DNA from: Octopus sinensis
Lineage: Eukaryota
Direction: 5' to 3'
DNA: 7,006 nucleotides
Assembly: GCF_006345805.1 (NCBI RefSeq)
Contig: NW_021829022.1
Span: forward strand, 1 to 7,006
The notes below the pieces were generated by a model. It was not told the origin of the DNA. It searched no databases and worked only from the letters and a program-made list of their open reading frames with translations. Within the stretch, counting starts at the first letter, position 1; the number at the start of each line of letters is the position of its first letter. Made by a program: the position numbers and the translations under genes. Of this stretch, positions 1-7,006 are shown in pieces.

Positions 1-208
1 AGATTTCTTCCAGAAAGAGAAATGAACGGTGAGAAAAGAAAGTGAGAAAAGAGAAAAATAGTGCATGTATAGAATATTGTAAAACACTTCGTCTTCGTAA
101 GCAACATAAATGGGACCAGTTGCACTAATTTCAATTAGTTATATTCATGGATTTTAGCCAACATGGTTGTCTCTCATGCCTAGGAGACACGAGCACTTTC
201 ACAGAAAT

Positions 209-359
209 GACGGGCTTCTAGTTTCCGCCTCCAAAATGCACTCACATTGATTGTGGTTAGCCCGAGGTTATAGTTGAAGACACATGCCAAGGTGCCGCAC
301 AGTGGGACTGAATATGAAACCACGTGGCTGGAAAGCGAATTTCTTACCCATATAGCCAT
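209..359 (-). mobile_element. tRNA-derived CORE-type SINE, 5' head and core fragment (octopus-type), diverged
   Basis: The minus strand has a Pol III A-box-like TGGCTATATGG (348-358), a decayed B-box (ATATTCAGTCCC), then GGCACCTTGGCATGTGTCTT resembling the CORE motif CCTTGGGCAAGT, and ends in GAAGCCCGTC. Family recognised from memory of octopus repeats. Confidence 0.7.
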
Positions 360-715
360 ATTAACCAACACGGTTATGTTCCTAAATACTAGCCAACAAG
401 GTTATATCTATAGATATACAAATATACACAAATATATCGGTAGTTATTAGCCTACACGATTATATCTATAGCTATTAACACAGATATATCTGTAGATATT
501 CGCCTACACAGATATAACTATTGCTAGCAATTAACCTACACATTTATATATATAGTTATTAACCTACACAGATATGTGAAGCCTACACAATTAATGTCTA
601 TAGATTTTAACCAGGTGTGAGACAATACAGACATATCTAGCCTACACAATTAATGTCTATAATTTTTAACCAGGTATTAGACAACACAGTTATATCTATT
701 GATAGTTACCAACAA
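360..715. repeat. Degenerate ~29-bp minisatellite with a 59-bp higher-order duplication
   Basis: Recurrent unit approximating ATTAGCCTACACAGATATATCTATAG. 580-638 and 639-697 are adjacent, near-identical 59-bp units. Confidence 0.75.
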
Positions 716-800
716 ATAAATGTTTTCGTGTATAACGGTATTGAATCAAATGTGTCATCTCGCGAGTGAGCGAGCGAGCGCTAATGGTAGTATGTAACCT

Positions 801-1037
801 ATTTCTTTACTACCCACAAGGGGCTAAACACAGAGAGGACAAACAAGGACAGACAAACGGATTAAGTCGATTATATCGACCCCAGTGCGTAACTGGTACT
901 TATTTAATCGACCCCGAAAGGATGAAAGGCAAAGTCGACCTCGGCGGAATTTGAACTCAGAACGTAGCGGCAGGTGAAATACCGCTAAGCATTTCGCCCG
1001 GCATGCTAACGATTCTGTCAGCTCGCCGCCCCTCCTT
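801..1037 (-). mobile_element. tRNA-derived SINE copy A, full length, tail type 1, with 11-bp target-site duplication
   Basis: Reverse complement of 1649-1879 with 12 mismatches in 231 nt by manual alignment. A-box TGACAGAATCG, B-box GAGTTCAAATTCC. Flanked by the direct repeat GTATGTAACCT at 790-800 and 1038-1048. Confidence 0.9.
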
Positions 1038-1246
1038 GTATGTAACCTGACACCCATACTGTTGCACGATAGGGTCGTCGGTGTCTTAAGTGAAGAAGTA
1101 TATCAAAGGGCGGATGAAATCAGGACGGTCAACAGCCAGTCAAAGTTGTGTAATTGTGCATAGACTATATTTCGGGTGGATTACGTGAAGGAAACCCAAC
1201 CATCATTGTTGAAGTTTCAACGGGCAGAACGGTAATATAAACAACG

Positions 1247-1291
1247 TCGCTGTGATCTGAGATCTCTCTCTCTGATCTCAGATCACGGTGA
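1247..1291 (+). other. Inverted repeat / stem-loop
   Basis: Perfect 13-bp arms GTGATCTGAGATC (1252-1264) and GATCTCAGATCAC (1274-1286) around a 9-nt TCTCTCTCT loop. Extends to 18 bp with two G-U pairs on the + strand. Confidence 0.85.
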
Positions 1292-1648
1292 GACACAGGG
1301 ACCATCCTGATCATTCCACAGCAATTCTGACATACCCCACTCATCCTTGTCACTTTGCAACTAGTTCAGGAAGTCAGAGACTTCACGCACAATCTGCCTT
1401 TTTTATAGTGTAATTTCACTGCAAGTCAAGACTTGAACAGACAGCAGAACTTTCGTTGTGACAGATGACGTATTACATGAGTCTGCAACAATGAAATACT
1501 GTCTTGTAGTATAGTACACGGACATGTAGTATAGAGGAGAGGGTTCACGTATCTTTTGTTGCCTATGTAATTGCATTCTCTATTGTGGTGGAGTCATGAA
1601 AATACTCGGAAACTAAAGACGAACAACATATCAATAACAGTTGAAGAC

Positions 1649-1879
1649 GGCGGCGAGCTGGCAGAAACATTAGCACGCTGGGCGAAATGCGTAGCCGTAT
1701 TTCGTCTGCCGTTACGTTCTGAGTTCAAATTCCGCCGAGGTCGACTTTGCCTTTCATCCTTTCGGGGTCGATTAAATAAGTACCAGTTACGCACAGGGGT
1801 CGATATAATCGACTTAATCCGTTTGTCTGTCCTTGTTTGTCCTCTCCGTGTTTAGCCCCTTGTGGGTAGTAAAGAAATA
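1649..1879 (+). mobile_element. tRNA-derived SINE copy B, full length, tail type 1
   Basis: A-box TGGCAGAAAC (1659-1668), B-box GAGTTCAAATTCC (1721-1733), acceptor-stem-like GGCGG (1649-1653)/CCGCC (1732-1736), central GGTCGACTTTGCCTTTCATCCTTTCGGGGTCGAT domain. Multiple copies in the window; no TSD seen. Confidence 0.9.
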
Positions 1880-2262
1880 GGTACTCTGTCACTGGATTGA
1901 AACAATTCCGGCTGACTTCGCGTCTTCTGTCTACAAACATATTGTATAAAAAGACAAGGTGTTTATAAATGTCAAATACGTACAATGAAGGCTAAAATCT
2001 ATAGATATATTCTACAGTATATAGCAGCTTTAAAGAAGCACTTTGTAAAGAAAATTTATCAGACCTTAAAAAATAAGATCAATTCTAAATATAGAGAACT
2101 AATTGGCGTAACAATCAGATAGTTAATGTCATTAGTGATGTGTTGAGGTGCACCTGGATGATATAAAGACCATCACTTGGTGGAGCGAGGTGGGGTGTAA
2201 ATCACCAATAATTTTCCATTCACTGTAGACAACTTTCTCATGAGGTCTGGGCAACTAAACTC

Positions 2263-2313
2263 TGTGTGTGTGTGTGTCTGTGTGTGTGTGTGTGTGGTGT
2301 GTGTGTGTATGTG
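2263..2313. repeat. (TG)n microsatellite
   Basis: Directly visible, with a few interruptions. Confidence 0.95.
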
Positions 2314-2323
2314 TTTGTTTTGC

Positions 2324-2394
2324 TATATATGTATATATACATACATATGTAGTATATATGTATTCATATATGTCTATATGTATATACGTTAACC

Positions 2395-2427
<33 letters not shown>

Positions 2428-2483
2428 TATAATATATATATATAATATAAATATAATACAATAAATATATAATACATATATAC

Positions 2484-2521
<38 letters not shown>

Positions 2522-2550
2522 ATATATATATATAATATTATAAAAATATA
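2324..2550. repeat. (TA)n / AT-rich compound microsatellite
   Basis: Directly visible; source of the spurious Y/I-rich ORFs. Confidence 0.95.
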
Positions 2551-2998
2551 AAATTCGAGGAAAAACCTTACATTGAATAAAATACATATTGACCTTATGA
2601 AGGAAATATAATTAATACATGGAATTGAAATTGCATTAAAAATATGCATAAAAAATATAACACAGCAATACATATTCATATTAAAGTATACATATATATC
2701 AACATACACAGAATAGATGCGTGCGAACCCCATACATATACAGACGTATAAATATTAAGTTAAAATATACACACAAACGCATGTATACATATGTATACGC
2801 AATCTAGTTCGCACGCAAGCTGGATAGAGTTGACATATCGGTTCCATTCTAGCAAAAACTGTCCGATGAACGGCAACGGGAAACTCAGAATAACAGGTTT
2901 TGTTGAATTTTCTGCTGCTTTAAATAAAGCATATTACTCTACCACTGGTATTTGACTCTTTTTTTCCACCTTGTTTCACATTTATGTGTTTACTCCGG

Positions 2999-3007
2999 TA
3001 TATATAT

Positions 3008-3057
<50 letters not shown>
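2999..3057. repeat. (TA)n microsatellite
   Basis: Directly visible. Confidence 0.95.
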
Positions 3058-3061
<4 letters not shown>

Positions 3062-3112
3062 TATATGATTACATATATACACACATTTGCACATATTATG
3101 CATGTAGGCATA

Positions 3113-3212
3113 TATGTATGCATGTATGTATGTATGTATGTATGTATGTATGTACGTACGTATGTATGTATGTATGTATGTATGTATGTATGTATGTATT
3201 ATGTATGTATGT
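3113..3212. repeat. (TATG)n microsatellite
   Basis: Directly visible. Confidence 0.95.
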
Positions 3213-3413
3213 AATGTATAAATGGGTAATGTCGAATATGAACGCATTGAATGCCATTGACCTCCGGTATAAAACAGAAGCGACCTTTACAAATATACCA
3301 TCAATGTTCAATATGCACATATTTGACATTAGCTCTCATGTTTATACAATATAATATAAAGCGGTAATTAGCGCAGTTTAATTAATTACAAGAGTTTAAT
3401 TAATTACAATACT

Positions 3414-3553
3414 CTGCGGCCATGCTGGGGCACCACCTTGAATTTTTAGTTGAATAAATGAATAGATCCCAGTACTTTTTTAAGCTTCGTACTTATTCTG
3501 TCAGTCTCTTTTGCTGAACCGCTGATTTACAGGGACGCAAATACACCAACACC
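3414..3553 (-). mobile_element. 3' portion of an octopus-type SINE, probably the same family as 209-359, diverged
   Basis: CTGCGGCCATGCTGGGGCACCACCTT...GTACTTATTCT...TCTCTTTTGCTGAACCGCT matches my recollection of the reverse-complemented 3' region of the common octopus CORE-type SINE. The minus strand also shares AATAAGTAC...CTGGG with the other SINE family here. Confidence 0.6.
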
Positions 3554-3570
3554 TAGGGCAGAGAAGCTCA

Positions 3571-3704
3571 TTTGCCTTTCATCCTTTCGGGGTCGATTAA
3601 ATAAGTACCAGTTACGCACTGGGGTCGATATAATCGACTTAATCCGTTTGTCTGTCCTTGTTTGTCCTTTCTGTGTTTAGCCCCTTGTGGGTAGTAAAGA
3701 AATA
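3571..3704 (+). mobile_element. SINE copy C, 5'-truncated, tail type 1
   Basis: Near-identical to 1746-1879, lacks the tRNA head, and runs directly into (TTA)n. Confidence 0.9.
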
Positions 3705-3705
<1 letters not shown>

Positions 3706-3761
<56 letters not shown>

Positions 3762-3843
3762 GTTGTTGTTATTGTTGTTGTTGTTGTTGTTGTTACTGTT
3801 GTTGTTGCTGTTGTTGTTGTTGTTATTGTTGTTGTTGTTGTTG

Positions 3844-3908
<65 letters not shown>
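3706..3908. repeat. Compound (TTA)n-(TTG)n-(TTA)n microsatellite
   Basis: Directly visible. Confidence 0.95.
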
Positions 3909-3909
<1 letters not shown>

Positions 3910-4457
3910 GAGTGAGAGAGCAGTTCATGCCATCAAAGTAACACTGGGGTAAAATATACGAAGCCCAATATTCCCATCATGACTACCCGTCTGATAAGGG
4001 CACACCAGGCACATGCATCACAACCATATGTGCGCGACATGGTGATCTCATATCAAGATAAACAGCACATGACCTTGCAGGTGGGGCCCGTTAGAATTTT
4101 CTTCAGGTTGAGTAGCCCATCCCGCTCAAACGGTCCTGAATAAGGGTTGTTCAAGGATGTTGAAAGAACCACCTATGTTTCCAGAGGTGAATTATTCAAA
4201 CCCCAATGAATCCCTCTCAACACATGACTATGATGCTCCCCCACTACTTCTGCTCGTGATCAGAAATGTACATATCGTCAGCCACTAAGGGACATGCTCA
4301 ACTGGTTAAGGTCAAACAACTGAGAAGCAAATCTATGGTATTGAGCAGAATATTTGCTGTAGCCCATCTTTTATACCAAGACAAAACAATGTACATAACA
4401 CTTATAATCAGTTAAGATCAGAAGCCATGAGAACCATTGCCTGGTACTGCATCAGGG

Positions 4458-4459
<2 letters not shown>
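3909..4459 (-). mobile_element. Unclassified ~550-bp non-coding interspersed element in (TAA)n, copy 1
   Basis: Co-linear with 4790-5347 and 6853-7006. Sharp boundaries TGAGTGAG...CAGGGCA with TTA repeats on both sides. Strand is inferred, not certain. Confidence 0.8.
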
Positions 4460-4524
<65 letters not shown>

Positions 4525-4534
4525 ATTATTATTA

Positions 4535-4578
<44 letters not shown>

Positions 4579-4599
4579 TATATTATTATCCTAATTATT

Positions 4600-4630
<31 letters not shown>

Positions 4631-4789
4631 TTATAATTATTGTTGTTGTTGTTGTTGCTGTTGTTGTTATTATTATTTTATTTTTATTATTATTATTATT
4701 ATTGTTGTTGTTGTTGTGTTGTTGTTATTATTATTATTATTATTATTATATATTATTATTATTATCAATATTAATATTATTATTATTAT
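4460..4789. repeat. Compound (TTA)n/(TTG)n microsatellite
   Basis: Directly visible, imperfect. Confidence 0.95.
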
Positions 4790-5346
4790 TGATGTGAGCG
4801 AGCAGAGCATGCCATCAAGTGACACTGGGGGGTAAATATACGAAGCCCAGTATACCCATCATGACTACCCGTCTGATAAGGGTACACCAGGCACATGCAT
4901 CACAACCATATGTGCGCGATATGGTGATCTCATATCAAGATAAACAGCACATGGACCTTGCAGGTGGAGCCCAGTTAGAATTTTCTTCAGTTTGAGTAAC
5001 CCATCCCGCTCAAAAGGTCCTGAATAAGGGTTGTTTAAGGACGTTGAACGAAATACCCATGTTTCCAGAGGTGAATTATTCAAACCCCAATGAATCCTTC
5101 TCCAACCATGGCTATGATGCTCCCCACACTACTTTGCTCGTGATCAGAGATGCACATATCGTCAGCCACTAAGGGACATGCTCAACTGGTTACGGTCAAA
5201 CAACTGACAAGCAAATCTGTGGTATTGAGCATAATATTTGCTGTAGCCCATCTTTTATACCAAGACAAATCAATGTACACGATAACACTTCAAATCAGTT
5301 AAGATCAGAAGCCATGAGAGCCATTGCCTGGTACTGCATCAGAGGC

Positions 5347-5347
<1 letters not shown>
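4790..5347 (-). mobile_element. Unclassified ~550-bp element in (TAA)n, copy 2
   Basis: Direct repeat of 3909-4459 with scattered substitutions and small indels, same endpoints, TTA flanks. Confidence 0.8.

Positions 5348-5348
<1 letters not shown>

Positions 5349-5389
<41 letters not shown>
5349..5389. repeat. (TTA)n tract, the (TAA)n tail or target of the adjacent LINE
   Basis: Directly visible. Confidence 0.95.
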
Positions 5390-5390
<1 letters not shown>

Positions 5391-5754
5391 TATGTTTGAC
5401 TTTTTGCTTTATAATTTGTACAAGTTGGCTCCAAGTCTCACCCAGACCTCAAGAGAACAACAGGGTTGGAGTTCATGTTGTTGTTATGCCTAGTGTGCCA
5501 ATATTTTGGGGGGTGGGGATGTTGTAATGACAATGTCTAAAAAAAAAAAAAAGTTTTTTTTTTTTTTTTTTTTTTTAACCCGAAAATTATGGTGTTTTAA
5601 ACTTGAGGTTACATAGAGAGTATTTTGCGTAGGATATGAGCAGTTCCCATGAGCACTATCTTTTGAACTTCTGCCATTTTTGGGTTTCCTGGTATCTGAG
5701 TTAGGTAGCTATCAGCCCCTTTTGCTATCATTCCCAGGGCACCTATGACAACAG

Positions 5755-5758
<4 letters not shown>
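5390..5758 (-). mobile_element. 5'-truncated 3' end of an RLE-type non-LTR retrotransposon (R4/Dong-like): ORF C-terminus plus 3' UTR
   Basis: 5758-5609 encodes IPVVIGALGMIAKGADSYLTQIPGNPKMAEVQKIVLMGTAHILRKILSM*, matching the P-V-V-I-G-A-L-G...Q-K-x-x-L-x-G-T-A-x-I-L-R C-terminus of R4/Dong-type restriction-like-endonuclease LINE proteins. It is followed by a ~220-nt UTR and has (TAA)n on both sides, the known Dong target. Confidence 0.8.
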
Positions 5759-5815
<57 letters not shown>

Positions 5816-5830
5816 CATTATTATTATTAT
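5759..5830. repeat. (TTA)n microsatellite
   Basis: Directly visible. Confidence 0.95.
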
Positions 5831-5835
5831 AAAAA

Positions 5836-6034
5836 GACGGTGAGCTGGCAGAATCGCTAGCATGCCAGGCAAAATGCTTAGCGGCATTTCGTCCGTCTTT
5901 ACGTTCTGAGTTCAAATTCCGCCGAGGTCGATAAATTAAGTACCAGTGAAACCCTGGGGTCGATATATTCGACTAGTCCACCCCCCACCCAAATTTCAGA
6001 CCTTGTGTCTATAGTAGAAAGATTTATTATTATT
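5836..6034 (+). mobile_element. SINE copy D, tail type 2, with a 27-bp internal deletion and short ATT tail
   Basis: Same head (GAGCTGGCAGAATCG...GAGTTCAAATTCCGCCGAGGTCGA) but lacks CTTTGCCTTTCATCCTTTCGGGGTCGA. Tail GACTAGTCCACCCC...CCTTGTGTCTATAGTAGAAAG differs from copies A-C. Confidence 0.85.
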
Positions 6035-6578
6035 GTATTTTTCACAGCTCAAGTATTATTAAACCTACCGGCTTTTGTTTGCTGAACATCCAACTGCTAC
6101 ACATATCTCTGCAGTTATTCAGCGCAGATCTTATGCCAAGGCGACATGATTTCTGTAGTATCAGAAAATTAATTGACTCTCTAATCATAGAAATATGTTT
6201 GGTGAGCTTTCAAACTCTTTACGTAATGATGCAATTTTGGCAGGAATTACTATTACCTCTGCTTTTCTAAAGCCTTTCAAATTTAGATCCTGGAATTAAT
6301 CTTCTCTTTTCTTTTTCTTCAACTTAATGTCGAATGGACAAAGCTACATGAATTATTTCTACATACCACAGAAAGTGTCCAGAAAGGTCTCTTTTCTCTT
6401 ATATAACGATATCCAATCTGTGTGTTGCAGTTACTATTCTGTCTGGATTTTCTGTCAGAAATAGAAACGAAGGAATTAACTAGAACTATTGAAGAAAGTT
6501 GTATACCTGAGGTAGAACACGATAAGTGAGAACAGAAACTTTAATATAATAGATATTATTATTATCGTTATTTGTCAT

Positions 6579-6800
6579 GGCGGCGAACTGGCAGGATTGT
6601 TAAAACGTCGGTCAAAACGCTTCACGGCATTTTGTTCGTCTTTCACATTCTGAATTCAAATACCACCGAGGTCGACTTTGCCTTTCATCCTTTAGGGGTT
6701 GATAAAATAAGTACCTGTTGAGTGCTGGAGTCGATGTAATCAACTTACCCCCTGCCCTGAAATTGCTGGCCTTGTGCCAAAATTTGAAATTTTTATTATT
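6579..6800 (+). mobile_element. SINE copy E, diverged, tail type 3
   Basis: Head GGCGGCGAACTGGCAGG, B-box-like GAATTCAAATACC, intact core, tail ...AAATTGCTGGCCTTGTGCCAAAATTTGAAA followed by short TTA repeats. Confidence 0.85.
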
Positions 6801-6852
6801 ATCATTAATTTTCAAAATTTTAAACCGTTTTTATTATTATTTATATTATTAT

Positions 6853-7006
6853 TGAGTGAGAGAGCATTCATGCCATCAAAGTGACACTGGGGTAAAATAT
6901 ACGAAGCCCATATACCCATCATGACTACCTTCTGATAAGGGTAACACCAGGCACATGCATCACAACCATATGTGCGCGACATGGTGATCTCATATCAAAA
7001 TAAACA
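6853..7006 (-). mobile_element. Unclassified ~550-bp element, copy 3, cut by the window edge
   Basis: Matches the first ~155 nt of 3909-4459, with the same TTATTATT|GAGTGAGAGAGC junction. Confidence 0.8.

Noticed and set aside
360-715. CRISPR-like repeat array
   Set aside because: The units are degenerate and contiguous with no unique spacers or cas genes, and the context is eukaryotic.
1165-1353. 62-aa minus-strand ORF with CxxCC
   Set aside because: Non-ATG start, short and with no recognisable domain.
1041-1477. Solo LTR bounded by TGTAA...TTACA
   Set aside because: Only a 5-bp inverted match, with no TSD and no second copy.
1649-1736. Functional tRNA gene
   Set aside because: It has A/B boxes and an acceptor-like stem, but no convincing cloverleaf, and it continues into a repeated SINE body.
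766-1985. ORFs 766-954, 824-1057, 1571-1855, 1594-1794 and 1725-1985 (also 5712-5915 and 6612-6815) with shared peptides
   Set aside because: The shared peptides are translations of SINE copies, not paralogous genes.
2993-3271. CTCCGGTATA direct repeats as a TSD
   Set aside because: They enclose mostly microsatellite and no recognisable element.
3375-3409. 17-bp tandem duplication AGTTTAATTAATTACAA
   Set aside because: Real, but an ordinary local duplication in AT-rich DNA with no evidence of function.
2255-3911. Y/I-, CMYV-, HTYI- and poly-I/V/Y ORFs
   Set aside because: These are microsatellite translations.
4270-4285. Hammerhead ribozyme core (minus-strand CTGACGA) in the 550-bp element
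   Set aside because: No stem II followed by GAAA at the required position.
4865-5083. 72-aa ORF in copy 2 of the 550-bp element
   Set aside because: Not preserved as an ORF in copy 1 because of indels, and no recognisable domain.
5539-5576. A14-G-T23 hairpin or terminator
   Set aside because: Homopolymer runs inside the LINE UTR are likely slippage or sequencing-length artefacts.

Overview
AT-rich, repeat-dominated, non-coding eukaryotic DNA with no intact gene. The SINE families and dense (TA)n, (TATG)n and (TTA)n microsatellites look like an octopus (coleoid cephalopod) genome; this is recognition from memory, not a database result. Contents: five copies of a tRNA-derived SINE with a shared head/core and three different 3' tails; two fragments of a second, CORE-type tRNA SINE; a degenerate ~29/59-bp minisatellite; a 5'-truncated 3' end of an R4/Dong-like RLE non-LTR retrotransposon in (TAA)n; and three co-oriented copies of an unclassified ~550-bp non-coding, hairpin-rich element with TG...CA ends, each inserted in (TTA)n. 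The best lead is that ~550-bp element as a microsatellite-targeting non-autonomous partner of the Dong-like LINE. Nearly all listed ORFs are repeat artefacts.
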